Assembly: GCA_964560735.1 (NCBI GenBank)
Contig: CAZLNG010000005.1
Location: 2,246-66,245, forward strand
Reading direction: 5' to 3'
Source of the DNA: an uncultured Methanosarcinales archaeon
GTDB taxonomy: Archaea; Halobacteriota; Methanosarcinia; Methanosarcinales; Methanosarcinaceae
DNA length: 64,000 nt
Shown here: positions 41,089 to 52,261 of the stretch, piece after piece
How the letters are laid out: each line of letters opens with the position of its first letter
How positions within the stretch are numbered: the stretch's first letter is position 1
Made by a program: the position numbers and the translations under genes
The notes under the pieces: model-generated
The model's database searches: none
What the model was told of the DNA's origin: nothing
What the model saw: the letters and a program-made list of their open reading frames with translations, nothing else

Positions 41089-42005
41089 TAGTTCACCTTC
41101 GTTTTTTGCGATTAAGCTGTCGAAAACTCATTTTAGATTTAGACATATTGGTACCATGTTCTATACTTTATCCAATCGTTGATTCTTAATGGGAAATATT
41201 TGTTGCTATCCCCGATTTCCTGTTTCAACTCTGCTAATTCACTCCTCACCTCTTCATCAAACTTTCTATGAAATTCAAAAGAATTTTCTTCTCACTCTTG
41301 AGAAAGACCTGTTTAGGAAATTTGGGACTAATTAGTTAAAATGAAAGTCCTTGAATAAATAATAAAGAGCAGCATGAAGCCCTTTTCATACGTAAGTTTC
41401 TTTTGCAGGAACCAGCAAGTGTATGATTTTAATTATTTTTATATTTACGGCAGTCCATAAGTAAGACAGAAACATGACCATCAATTTCTTACATTAAAAT
41501 TCTATAAATATGAATATATATAAACTCCTCTATATGGCAGTTGCAATTAAAGGAGGATTTTCAAAGAGGCTTGTCCTTTGCCAGGGAGAAATGCATGGAC
41601 AAGAACAGAGGAGATTTTAATAGCATTAAATATTTTAATCAAAGAATTAAACACAATTTTGAATAGGGGATTTGAATAAGGAACTAAATAATTTGAAAGA
41701 AAAAGTCCAAAAAAAACCACATATCTGGAAAGAACCATAATTTGAAGAAAATATGAGTTTGATAGTTCACTTTTGAAGTTTTGGATGGCCTAAAAGAGTT
41801 AAAAAGAAAACTGACACAGGTGTTAAAGGGAGCAGAAGGAACGGATATCAGAAAATTATCGTTTCTGAAAAGCATTTTTTTCTTTATCATTTATTCTTTA
41901 TCACATTTTATTTATTTAATTTCATAAATTTATTTATTATTTATTCTCTTCGCGTTTTATTTTTCTCATTTTATAATTTTTTAATCTTGAATTCTTACTT
42001 TATTT

Positions 42006-42416
42006 TTACTCTTCAGTTGTTTCTACAGGTGTTTCTTTTTCTTTCCTGTACCTGTGTAAAGCTATTTCTATATTGCTGTGCAGGTCTTTTTCATCAAAAG
42101 GTTTCACTATGTAGCCGAAAGGGCCGGTTTTTTTGGCTCTTTCGAGAATATTGGTGTCCGAATAGGCAGTCAGGTAAACAACCGGAACATCAAAACGTTC
42201 CCTGATCTCCTTCGCAGCTTCTACGCCGTCCATATCGCCTTTAAGCATAATGTCCATCAGCACCAGGTCAGGAAAGGTGCTTTCAGCTTTACTGATGGCA
42301 TCATCACCCGAAGAGGCAACCCCAGTAACCGTGTATCCAAGGCTCTTTAGCATACGCTTTATTCCCATTGCAACAATATGTTCATCTTCAACAATTAAAA
42401 TTCGTCCTTCTGCCAT
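42006..42416 (-). CDS. Response regulator (receiver domain), paralog of 40591-41088
   Basis: VEDE, DLVLMDI, YLTAYSD, YIVKPF; starts 3 nt after the kinase stop. Confidence 0.93.
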   Translation of the reverse strand: MAEGRILIVEDEHIVAMGIKRMLKSLGYTVTGVASSGDDAISKAESTFPDLVLMDIMLKGDMDGVEAAKEIRERFDVPVVYLTAYSDTNILERAKKTGPFGYIVKPFDEKDLHSNIEIALHRYRKEKETPVETTEE

Positions 42417-42419
42417 TTC

Positions 42420-45056
42420 TTACACCTTTTTTTTATACTTTAGCTCCTGAAAGATAATTTTAAACTCGGTCCCCGGGCATGTGCCAAGTTCTATGTTCCC
42501 ATTAATCTGGTCCACAAGTGCAGTTACCAGCTGGAGTCCAAGAGAGTCTGTGTTTCGGTAGTCCATGCTTTTTGGGAACCCTTTCCCGTTATCTTTTACA
42601 ATCAGAACCAGCCTATCTTCTTCCTTTTTATTCTGCTGTACACCGTCAATAAAGTCAAAGTCAGTTTTCTCGAACCCAGCCACTTGATTCCCTGAATTTT
42701 TATATTTTTCTATTTCCCCTGATTGTTTTTGCCCATCCCGATGCATCTGGATGCAGATTTCGCCGTCCTCTCCTTTAGAAAAGGCATGTTTAAGGGCATT
42801 TGAAACCAGTTCATTGATAATGATGCCCAGAGGAACTGCAGTGTCCATTCCAAGGAAAATATTTTCAACATCAAGTTTCAAGCTTACCTTCCCAATTCCC
42901 ATAGAATAAGAATGAAAGAGATAATCAGCTAGATTCTTAATATAGTCTGCAAAGTCCACACTTACCATGTCTTCGGACTGGTATAGCTTTTCGTGGACCA
43001 GAGCCATAGATTTAACTCTGTGCTGGCTGTCTTTAAAAGCTTCCATCACCTTTATGTCGGAAAAGTTCCCTGATTCCAGATACAGCAGGGTAGAAATCAC
43101 CTGCAGGTTATTTTTAATTCTGTGATGTATTTCCTTTTTGTGGATTTCTTCCATCTGCAGCAGGGCTTCTTCGGCTTTTTTGTGTTCGGTTATATCAAGG
43201 ATAATACCCTGAAGGCGGATTTCTCCCTTTCCGTCTCTCTGGATAAAGGTCCTCTCATCCACCCAGCGGATTTCCCCTGATTTGGTAAAGATACGGTATT
43301 CCGAAGTATAGATGTCACAGCCAGACTCAACATTTCTGGAGAGTTCTGTTTCCATCTTTTCCAGATCTTCGGGATGAACGATGTCTCCATAGAGAATCTT
43401 CCTTGAAGTGAAATCCTCTACTTCGTATCCGAGTCTTGTAATGTTTCCCGAAACAAATTCCGCAGGCCACTTGAGTTCATATTTCCACAAAAAGACAATT
43501 ACAGGGCTGGTATTGATAATTCTCTCCATTTCCTCTTTAAGCTTGTTGGAGCGCTCAAGCTCCATTGCATATTCCAGCAGAGCATTTTCAGTTTCTCTGC
43601 GTTGAATGGTAACCCTGTCAAGGACTTCACGGGTTTCCTCAATCCCGTCCGTGAGAAGCTTGAAATCGCCCTGTCCGTGCACAAGAATCTCCCGCTTGAA
43701 ATCATTATTCTGGAAAGCGGTAAGGACTGCATTTGAATCATCAATTATCCTGTTAAGGGTTTCAGAGAACTTGTCAAGTGTATCCCCCAGTTCCCTGAAT
43801 TCTCCCTGCATGTCTACTTTTACGCGTTCTTCTAATTCTCCCTTTGCGAGAGCGTTGGTCACTCTAATGGTTTCCCTGATGGGAACAATTACGGCTTTGA
43901 GAATTTCGTTCAGACCTGTTGGGATTTCCCGAAAATCAATTTCCACATCAGTTTTTGCCCTGACGTCAAGCCTTCCTTTAACTGCATCATGAGCGATCTT
44001 CTTAAAATCGTCAACAATTTCATCTATAGGTCTTGTTATGGAGCGAGCGATCATATACGCCAGGGCAGCCATAAAAATGATCGAAATCGTAGAGATAACC
44101 AGCAACCTGTTCCGCAGGTCAGTAACTCCTGCAAGCATTTCCTCTTTAGGGACAACCAGAACAAAAGAGAAATTTCCGGTTTTAACAGGCTCGTAAAACA
44201 TAATGACAGTCTTGCCTGTAGTGGGATCTTTAACTTCTATATTCCCTCCGATTCCCTTCTTGATATCACTTGCAGCTTTCTTAATTTCTACCGCATTGAA
44301 ATCATAAAGACTTTTTTTTCCTATCCAGTCCTTCTGTGCAGGATGGGAGAGAAAGATTCCGGTATTGCTTACCATGAAAGCATACCCTGTTTCAAAGGTT
44401 TTGATATTGCTTGCGACTTCATCCACATATTCAAGGGGGACATCCACGCCCGCTATCCCTGCGAATTTCCCGTTTTTAAGGATAGGGGAGTCATAGCTCA
44501 CCATGAATATCCCTTCATAAAAATAAGGCTCGGTCAGAACGTCCTTGCCCGTAGTTTTTGGCAGTTGATAATAATCAGAGGAATTATAATGCACCAGAGG
44601 TTCAGTAACTATAGGACCTTTGATCTTATTGCAGTAAGGTACAAACCTGCCTGTCGCATCATGCCCTGAGGTATTTATATATTCAGCATCCTTTCCATCA
44701 AAAGCATTGGGTTCATATCCTACATAGACCCCGATAAGATTGGGATTTTTTTCAAGGACATTTTCCAGAATATTCCCTACCTCTCTCCTGTCAGAAGCTC
44801 CGTATTCAGCCATTGTAAGGGCAAGGGTTCTTGCAACAGCCTGGTTGGCTTTCATCTTCGAATCAAACTGATTTGCATAGTTGCTGGCCATTTCAATAGA
44901 TTTCTGGTAGGCCAGTTTCTCTTCCTGAGCCGTAACAGTGCTTATAATTACTGCTGTGGATACAGCCAGAATAAGAAAGATCCCCACAATAGAAAAAATA
45001 ACCAGCTTCGACTTTAAGGAGACTTCTTTGAACCTCATCGTACTAAACTCCAGCAA
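42420..45056 (-). CDS. Membrane sensor histidine kinase: dCache, HAMP, PAS, HisKA_2, HATPase
   Basis: Two TM helices around a dCache-like region; PAS; EIHHRIKNNLQ; NELVSNALKHAF; DNGKGF; SLGLQLV. Start may be ATG 45038. Confidence 0.92.
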   Translation of the reverse strand: MLEFSTMRFKEVSLKSKLVIFSIVGIFLILAVSTAVIISTVTAQEEKLAYQKSIEMASNYANQFDSKMKANQAVARTLALTMAEYGASDRREVGNILENVLEKNPNLIGVYVGYEPNAFDGKDAEYINTSGHDATGRFVPYCNKIKGPIVTEPLVHYNSSDYYQLPKTTGKDVLTEPYFYEGIFMVSYDSPILKNGKFAGIAGVDVPLEYVDEVASNIKTFETGYAFMVSNTGIFLSHPAQKDWIGKKSLYDFNAVEIKKAASDIKKGIGGNIEVKDPTTGKTVIMFYEPVKTGNFSFVLVVPKEEMLAGVTDLRNRLLVISTISIIFMAALAYMIARSITRPIDEIVDDFKKIAHDAVKGRLDVRAKTDVEIDFREIPTGLNEILKAVIVPIRETIRVTNALAKGELEERVKVDMQGEFRELGDTLDKFSETLNRIIDDSNAVLTAFQNNDFKREILVHGQGDFKLLTDGIEETREVLDRVTIQRRETENALLEYAMELERSNKLKEEMERIINTSPVIVFLWKYELKWPAEFVSGNITRLGYEVEDFTSRKILYGDIVHPEDLEKMETELSRNVESGCDIYTSEYRIFTKSGEIRWVDERTFIQRDGKGEIRLQGIILDITEHKKAEEALLQMEEIHKKEIHHRIKNNLQVISTLLYLESGNFSDIKVMEAFKDSQHRVKSMALVHEKLYQSEDMVSVDFADYIKNLADYLFHSYSMGIGKVSLKLDVENIFLGMDTAVPLGIIINELVSNALKHAFSKGEDGEICIQMHRDGQKQSGEIEKYKNSGNQVAGFEKTDFDFIDGVQQNKKEEDRLVLIVKDNGKGFPKSMDYRNTDSLGLQLVTALVDQINGNIELGTCPGTEFKIIFQELKYKKKV

Positions 45057-45135
45057 ATCAATATTTCCAGAAACGGGTTCAGGATGTAATGTTTAACTTC
45101 TCGTGTTTTAAAAAGCCACAGGAATTAACGATTTT

Positions 45136-45924
45136 TCACTTACTATCTTTCACTTCCCGGAGGGATTTCCTGTAATTCATGAAAAGTTCCCTGCCCCAAT
45201 GTAGCGCACTTGCATCAAAACTCATCACCTTTCTATGGTCGTACTTTCCCTGCCTGTCAAAAAGGCAGAGATACATAAAACGGTCTGTGATAGCAATTGT
45301 TGGAATGTTCAGGTCTTCGGCACAGACTTCAACAACTGTATTTTCAGAATTGAGAAGCGAATCAAGTTCTTCCGGAGAATCATTCTTCAATCTCTCGAAT
45401 ACTGACTCAGTAAGCACGAGTTCTACTTCAGCTTCACTTTTTGCAAGCTTTGAGTAAAGGGAAGGGTATAGAGGATGGTAGTAAGAAAGAGAGCTCAGGA
45501 TGCATCTTGATTTTGTGAGATTTTCAGTAAACTCTCTGGGTAGATCGAAAAGGTGATTCAGGTCAGGCTCAATAACCATACATTCTCCAAGTTCACCGAG
45601 GCGCATGAACATCTCCATTGGTATCACACTCATGTCCCGGCTTGCCCAGTATTCCTTGTTTTCCTCGATGACCTCCAGTGTGTTCAATAGGGGGAGCATG
45701 TTCCCTCCTACCAGTTTACCGATTTCCGAAAGTTCGTAGATGTCCCCTTTCTGAAGGATCAACTCCTGTTTTTTCAGGATTTTGATTTGAGGCATCATCG
45801 CTTTAGCAGTCACATTGAGAGATGTTTTTATCTGCTCGATGTCCCTGGGCCCTTCCATCAATAAAAGAAGAAGGTTTTTCCTTTTTTCAGAAAGCCAGAT
45901 AGTATCACATAAAGATGAGCTCAT
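45136..45924 (-). CDS. Winged-helix transcriptional regulator (ArsR-like HTH plus DUF1724-like domain)
   Basis: LSEKRKNLLLLLMEGP...PQIKIL...ALHWGRELF, a typical Methanosarcina family. Confidence 0.85.
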   Translation of the reverse strand: MSSSLCDTIWLSEKRKNLLLLLMEGPRDIEQIKTSLNVTAKAMMPQIKILKKQELILQKGDIYELSEIGKLVGGNMLPLLNTLEVIEENKEYWASRDMSVIPMEMFMRLGELGECMVIEPDLNHLFDLPREFTENLTKSRCILSSLSYYHPLYPSLYSKLAKSEAEVELVLTESVFERLKNDSPEELDSLLNSENTVVEVCAEDLNIPTIAITDRFMYLCLFDRQGKYDHRKVMSFDASALHWGRELFMNYRKSLREVKDSK

Positions 45925-46182
45925 TGCTAACTCTCTAATATAGAAAAACTTTTATTAATATATTATGTTTTAAAAAGACTGGATATTTATTGAGGCTTGT
46001 CCTTCCGGGAAGAAAATGAGAAGATATTTAACGCTATTAAAAAAATCCAGGAAAAAACCAGGGATACTCTGCTAATAAATTTTTACTTTAAAGTTCTTTT
46101 GAGCTGCTCAAAAATTTTAACAGCATTAAAAAATCTTTCCTTTTTGGCATTTACCTGGTGGTCTTTCCTTTACCTGAAAGTC

Positions 46183-46738
46183 TTGAAAAAACCTCATAGG
46201 TTGGGCTATATATTATCGGAGTTATAAGATAAATCAGACATTGGAAAAGTAATCAAAACCTCTAACAAAGGCAAATTGTCTGGAGAAAATCCCGGATTGA
46301 TTAAATAAGAGGATTTGAAAGCGATTAAAAATGGCAAAAACGGATTAGTATAAATTTAGGAAAAATTTTGCATCCGAAAAAAGAAAGTAAGATAGGTCTG
46401 AAAAGAAGAAAAACTAACAGGTAGCATGTGGGAATGCAATCTGGAGTTTTAAATGACCTGAAGTAAGAGAAAAAGACATCTGAAAATTCTCAGATGTGTA
46501 GGCGGCATTCTTAGCTGCTTTTGAACCCAAAGCAATGCATTACAACATATACCTGAGGGCTGTGTCCTTAAGAATCAAAGGGCATTGTCCTCAGATACCT
46601 CCAAATTAATAACCTTTTTTGTTTAAGGTGATTGAAATCTTCAATGGCACTAAAAAATCTCATTGTAAGGGTAATGTCCTGAGTTCCTCTCTAAAACCAA
46701 CATTATTTGAAGAAACATCATAGATTGGGCTATATATT
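46183..46738. promoter_or_regulatory. Pair of 32-bp direct repeats containing a TATA-like element (46183-46214 and 46707-46738)
   Basis: TTGAAAAAACCTCATAGGTTGGGCTATATATT vs TTGAAGAAACATCATAGATTGGGCTATATATT (29/32). Function inferred. Confidence 0.45.
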
Positions 46739-47688
46739 TTGATGCACATAAAAAGTTTGTCAGGTAAATGAAAAGAGGTTCATCCTGATGTGGTATGAGG
46801 CTCAAAAAGAAGGGAACATGCATGAGCATCATATAAATGAATATTAAAGTGTCGAAAAGAACCTCAAGTGGATATGAGTTTGGGAAACTCATCAGAAAAC
46901 GAATAAACAGGCTTAGAAAAAGGCAAATAAGCTTGGAAACTTTCTAAAAACGAAACCACGTTTAAGAAAACTGGGATACGAGTTTGGGAACTAAGAAAAA
47001 ACGGAACAATATTTAAAAAAAATTAGTATTAATCTGGACTAAAAAAGATCCGGAAATTTTATGATCTAGAAAAAAACGGGAATATGTCAGGTAAAAATGC
47101 TTCTCATTGAGAACCCCTATCGATAAAGAAAATCCCAACTAGTAAAGAGTTAAGTAATTAATTCAGTTATTAATTAAAAATTAATTCAACTTTGAGAGGA
47201 AACCCAGACGAGGAAAGAAGGAAAAAGCTATTAGTAGACAGTTATTGATCTAATGAGCCTCATGATCTCAAGTTAAAATTACGATATATGGATATACCGA
47301 AATGGTGATTGAGATAATGGCGACCTGAGGCTCATTAAAAAACAGAAAGATCAGAAAGAGATGTTGACTCCATTGAGTTGATAGTTTTTTCCTCATCCTG
47401 ACATAGATTAAACCTGAAAAAAATACTTGTAATAGATATAATTGAGATTATCGTTCCCTGCAGATTTCGCACTTTACTTTTCGACATGACCTGTTAATTC
47501 GAGTTTTCAATTAGATTTTTTCTTTGATCATTTGATTTGATTCTTTGTTCTGACACCCATCATCATGCACACGTCATTAACTGTATTTTTTGATATAGCT
47601 TTCCACAATTCAACCCGGATAGCCCACTACCCAATCATAGTTCTCGACGGAATTTGGCTAATAAAGTACTTACAATCAATATCAGGCG

Positions 47689-50274
47689 TCACAACTTCTG
47701 CCTGTACTTTAGTTCCTTGAACCTTATTCTGAATTCGGTTCCCCGGTCAGTATTAAGTTCAATGCTCCCTTCTACCTGGTCCACCAGGGAAACAACAAGT
47801 TGAAGGCCAAGGGATTCGGTCTCCGTAAAGTCTATTTCTGCAGGAAAACCTTTACCGTTGTCCCTGACAATTAGTAAGAAATATTTTCCTGGCAGGCCGA
47901 TTTTGCTCCCTGTCTCTTTATCAGCTTTTTCTGCTCCTGTGCCACAATCTGTTCTTTCTTCCTCTTTCTTGAGACATATTGATATTTCCCCGTTCTCACC
48001 TTCAGAAAAAGCGTGTTTAAGAGAATTTGAGACAAGTTCATTGATAATTATTCCAACAGGAACTGCCGTGTCCATTCCCAGGAAAACGTTGTCTACATCA
48101 AGCTTCAGGCTAATATTTCCAGAACCCACTGAGTATGCTCCAAAAAGATAATTTGCAAGGTTCTGTATATAGTCTGCAAAGTCCACACTTACCATATCTT
48201 CGGACTGGTAAAGCTTTTCGTGGACAAGTGCCATTGATTTGACCCTGTGCTGGCTGTCTTTGAAAGCTTCAATTACTTTGTCATCGGAAAAGTTCCCTGA
48301 TTCCAGGTACAGCAGGGTTGAAATTACCTGCAGATTATTCTTTATTCTGTGGTGTATCTCTTTCTTGCGGATATCTTCCATCTGCTGTAGGGCTTCTTCA
48401 GCTTTTTTGTGCTCGGTTATATCAAGAATAATGCCCTGAAGATGGATGCCTCCTTTTTCGTCCCTCTGGATAAAAGTCCTCTCATCCACCCAGCGGACCT
48501 CTCCGGATTTGGTAAAGACTCGATACTCCGAGTTATAAGCATCACAGCCTGACTCCACGTTTTTTGAAAGTTCATCATCCACTTTCTTTACATCTTCAGG
48601 ATATACAATATCCGCATAGAGCATTCTATTTGAAGTAAAGTCCTCAACTTCATATCCCAGCCTGGTAACGTTTTCTGACACAAACTCTATTGGCCAGCCT
48701 TCCTCATATTTCCACAGAAATACTATCACAGGGCTGTTGTTGATTATTCTTTCCATATCCTCTTTTAACTTATTCGAGTGCTCAAGTTCCCTCGCATATT
48801 CCAGCAGGGCTTTTTCTGCCTGCCTGCGCTGGGCTGTAACCCTGTCAAGAACCAGGCGGGTCTCTTCAATTCCGTCCGTAAGAAGTTTGAAATCCCCCTG
48901 CCCCTGCACCGTGATTGGCCTTTTGAAGTTATTGTGCTGAAAAGCTGTAAGGACAGCATTTGAATCATCAATAATAAGGTTAAGTGTTTCTGAAAACTTA
49001 TCCAGGGTATCTTCAAGTTCCCTGAACTCTCCCTGTACTTCCACGTTGACGCGTTCCTTTAACTCTCCCTTCGCAAGGGCATTGGTAACTCGCATAGTCT
49101 CCCTGATAGGAATAACCACAGCGTTAAGAATCTCATTTAAGCCTCTGGGGATTTCCCTGAAGTCTACTTCGACATCAGTATCTGCTCTTACCCCGAGTTC
49201 CCCTCTAACTGCATTCTGGGCAATGTTTTTGAAGTCATCAACAATTTCATCAATGGGTCCTGTAATGGAGCGTGCAATCATATAAGCCAGGACAGCCATG
49301 AAAAGTATGGAAATTGCAGAAATAATAAGAAGCCTGTTCTGAAGGTCGGTTACTCCGGCAAGCATTTCTTCTTTTGGGACTACAAGTATGAAGGAGAAAT
49401 CTCCAGCCTCAACTGGTTCATAAAACATAATAACGGTCTTGCCTGTGGTCGGATCTATTGTCTCCAGACGTCCCCCAACCCCTTTTTTAATATCAGATAA
49501 AGCTTTCCGGAGTTCTTCTCCACTAAAATCATAGAGATTCTTTTTTCCTATCCAATCTTTGTGAGTAGGATGAGAGAGGAGAGTTCCTTCATTGCTGACC
49601 ATGAAAGCGTATCCTGTGTCAAAAGTCCTGACTTTGCTTACAACTTCATCCACATACTCAAGAGAAACATCTACACCACCTATTCCCACAAATTCCCGAT
49701 TCTTTATTATAGGGGAAACGTAGCTCACCATGAAAACTCCTTCATAAAAATAGGGTTCTGTAAGTACATCTCTTTCTGTGGCTTTTGGAATCTGGTAGTA
49801 ATCCGAGCTTTCGTAATGGAGCAGAGGCTCAATGGTCATATTTCCTTTCATTTTGTTCCAGTAGGGAATAAATCTGCCAGTTTCATCATGAGCAGAAGTA
49901 TTTGAGTACTCTGCATCTTTGCCGTCAAAAGCATTGGGCTCAAAAGCAACGTAAGTGCCAAGCAGGTGTGGATTGTCAATAAGCAGGTTTTTAAGAATCA
50001 GCATAGCTTCTGTCCGATTTCTGGTCTCATAGCTGGACATGGTTGTGGAAATAGACCTTGCAATAGCAAAATTAGCTTTCATATCTGCATCGAACTGATT
50101 TGCATAGTTGGAAGCCATTTCAACCGACTGCTGGTACGCCAGTTTTTCTTCCTGTGTGGTGACAGTACTCACAATTATAGCTGTAGATGCCGTAAGGATC
50201 AGAAATACCCCGAGTACGGTGTAGAGAATCAACTTTGTTTTCAGCGGGGTATCACTAAGCATGTCAGTCCTCAT
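47689..50274 (-). CDS. Membrane sensor histidine kinase: dCache, HAMP, PAS, HisKA_2, HATPase; paralog of 42420-45056
   Basis: Same architecture with long identical stretches (EEKLAY, EPYFYEG, EIHHRIKNNLQVISTLLYLESGNF). Confidence 0.93.
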   Translation of the reverse strand: MRTDMLSDTPLKTKLILYTVLGVFLILTASTAIIVSTVTTQEEKLAYQQSVEMASNYANQFDADMKANFAIARSISTTMSSYETRNRTEAMLILKNLLIDNPHLLGTYVAFEPNAFDGKDAEYSNTSAHDETGRFIPYWNKMKGNMTIEPLLHYESSDYYQIPKATERDVLTEPYFYEGVFMVSYVSPIIKNREFVGIGGVDVSLEYVDEVVSKVRTFDTGYAFMVSNEGTLLSHPTHKDWIGKKNLYDFSGEELRKALSDIKKGVGGRLETIDPTTGKTVIMFYEPVEAGDFSFILVVPKEEMLAGVTDLQNRLLIISAISILFMAVLAYMIARSITGPIDEIVDDFKNIAQNAVRGELGVRADTDVEVDFREIPRGLNEILNAVVIPIRETMRVTNALAKGELKERVNVEVQGEFRELEDTLDKFSETLNLIIDDSNAVLTAFQHNNFKRPITVQGQGDFKLLTDGIEETRLVLDRVTAQRRQAEKALLEYARELEHSNKLKEDMERIINNSPVIVFLWKYEEGWPIEFVSENVTRLGYEVEDFTSNRMLYADIVYPEDVKKVDDELSKNVESGCDAYNSEYRVFTKSGEVRWVDERTFIQRDEKGGIHLQGIILDITEHKKAEEALQQMEDIRKKEIHHRIKNNLQVISTLLYLESGNFSDDKVIEAFKDSQHRVKSMALVHEKLYQSEDMVSVDFADYIQNLANYLFGAYSVGSGNISLKLDVDNVFLGMDTAVPVGIIINELVSNSLKHAFSEGENGEISICLKKEEERTDCGTGAEKADKETGSKIGLPGKYFLLIVRDNGKGFPAEIDFTETESLGLQLVVSLVDQVEGSIELNTDRGTEFRIRFKELKYRQKL

Positions 50275-50594
50275 TAATCCGTTATTCTTAAATCCATTGT
50301 TCAGGCTTCCAAACAGGAAAATAATTCAGTTAGAATTCAATTACAGTCCAGTTATAGTTCAATTTTCCACACGTCCAAGCGTTTTTAAAAAAAGCCAGTA
50401 TCGCTTTTTAATTCTCATTTCACTAGATTTCTGATTATATACATCTCATTTTATTATTTTATATTATCGTATTTAATACATAACAAAAAGATTTTAAAGA
50501 AAAAAAAGCAAAAATAATTTCAGGGGCGCTTTATTGTCTTGCAGCCCCTGCTTTAAACTTTACACAGGATATTAAAGATTTTACATTTTACATC

Positions 50595-52040
50595 TTACAT
50601 TACATGTTCACTCAATACAGAGCTCTCTTTTTCCATTCTTGCCGGATTCTCCCTCTGAGAATAGAACCAGAGAGGAATATAAAGAGCAAGTACCAGGAAA
50701 CCAACTATTGTCGAAGTCCAGCCCACTTCGAGACTGTTCAGGTAAACTACCCCTATCAGGCAGAGAGGCAAGTTAAAGAACCCACAGAAGAAAGCAACAT
50801 ACTTCCAGCCTTTAGGTGCCTTAAAGGGTCTTTCAAGCATCGAAAATCTGGGGTCGAGTTTTGCCTTAACGTAAGCAAAGAGGCTTATCCCATTTGCACA
50901 GACATATCCGATTGCTGATGCTGCCAGAATGGCCGCAGGAGTTCCAAGGCAGATGAATCCCATGTTAAAGAGGGCAATGACAATCATGGCGTTAACAGGC
51001 GTTCCGTGAGCATTCATCTTCCCAAAGAATTCAGGCAGATTTCCTTCCTCAGCCATAGAATACATTGCCCTTGAAGCTCCAAGGAAGGCGGTCTGGATGA
51101 TCATGATCATTGCCGCAATCAGCATAAGGATTGTAAGAGCTCCTCCTATGGGTCCAAGAGTCATCTGAGCCATTGGAAGCATTGGCGAGTAAGGCTCGGC
51201 CAGAATTCCTTCTATTCCCAGAGTCCCGGTGCAGGCTGCTTGGACAAGGATGAAAGTTACCAGACAGATTGCGCCGCAGATAAAGAGCGCTTTAGGGACA
51301 TCTGACTTTGGTTCCTTATATTCGGGTCCATAGATTGCTGCAGTTTCCCAGGCACAGGCACTCCACTGGGCCATTGCAAAAAGCCCAAGCAGGATCAGAA
51401 TGTGCTGTATGTCCCAGCTCCAATCTGTGGGAAGCCAGGCACCGGTGATATTACTCATTTCAAAGTGCCCGGTTGCAAAAGGTGCAAGGGAGATAATGAT
51501 AAGCGGGGCAAGAGAAAGCACGGCAAGAATATACCCCAGGGTTGCTCCACCGGCAAGCCCGCGATAATTGACTACCATTAAAAAGATGTATACTACTGCT
51601 CCGGAAGCGAGGTAGAGAGCCAGGTCCGGAATTCCGGCAAAAGCCGGGACCAGGCCTTTAAGGTAGCTTCCGATAAGGATCGCAAAGATAGCAAGTACGG
51701 GGTTCCAGGCAAACCAGTAACTCCATGCACTGAATCCTCCCAATAGTTTTCCCTGGTCATATTTCCGATTTTTTGTATTTGAACCGAATACACTCTGAGC
51801 ATATCCTGGAAGCCCTGAAGCTTTTGGGAACATTGTTGCAAGTTCTCCATAGGCAAAGTTTTGCATGAAACCCTGGAAAACGGAAAGAACCCAGACAATA
51901 ATTGCAAAAGCCCAGACATAATTTGCAAAGTAGCCTATGGACGGAAGAATCAGCACCGGAACACCCAGGGCAATTGCAAGTCCCTGCTTCCAGTCAATTG
52001 TCCGCTGGAGCCCACCACTTTCATTGTTTTCATCGCTCAT
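50595..52040 (-). CDS. mtbP: APC-family permease, probable dimethylamine permease
   Basis: ~12 hydrophobic segments, APC-like sequence, directly downstream of mtbC-mtbB. Confidence 0.8.
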   Translation of the reverse strand: MSDENNESGGLQRTIDWKQGLAIALGVPVLILPSIGYFANYVWAFAIIVWVLSVFQGFMQNFAYGELATMFPKASGLPGYAQSVFGSNTKNRKYDQGKLLGGFSAWSYWFAWNPVLAIFAILIGSYLKGLVPAFAGIPDLALYLASGAVVYIFLMVVNYRGLAGGATLGYILAVLSLAPLIIISLAPFATGHFEMSNITGAWLPTDWSWDIQHILILLGLFAMAQWSACAWETAAIYGPEYKEPKSDVPKALFICGAICLVTFILVQAACTGTLGIEGILAEPYSPMLPMAQMTLGPIGGALTILMLIAAMIMIIQTAFLGASRAMYSMAEEGNLPEFFGKMNAHGTPVNAMIVIALFNMGFICLGTPAAILAASAIGYVCANGISLFAYVKAKLDPRFSMLERPFKAPKGWKYVAFFCGFFNLPLCLIGVVYLNSLEVGWTSTIVGFLVLALYIPLWFYSQRENPARMEKESSVLSEHVM

Positions 52041-52261
52041 TTTTCAATGCACACTCCTCTTATTTTGAAAGAAAGCCAGTTGAAGATTCGCACAGCTCGC
52101 AAAGCACGAATCAAGTTATAAAAGTCTGCAAAAGGAAAAGAGGAAAGACCTGAAAAATAACCCTGATTATCAGGAGAAATCCTGATTCAAGTGTCTAAGG
52201 ATTAAAATTTCTAATAGGTCTATACCCACTTCACCTCATTTTGCAGTTCGGAGTTTTCTGT

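Noticed and set aside
46868..47010. Degenerate ~50-bp repeats (GGATAyGAGTTTGGGAA...)
   Set aside because: Two or three poorly conserved copies with no ORF or structure; no interpretable function.
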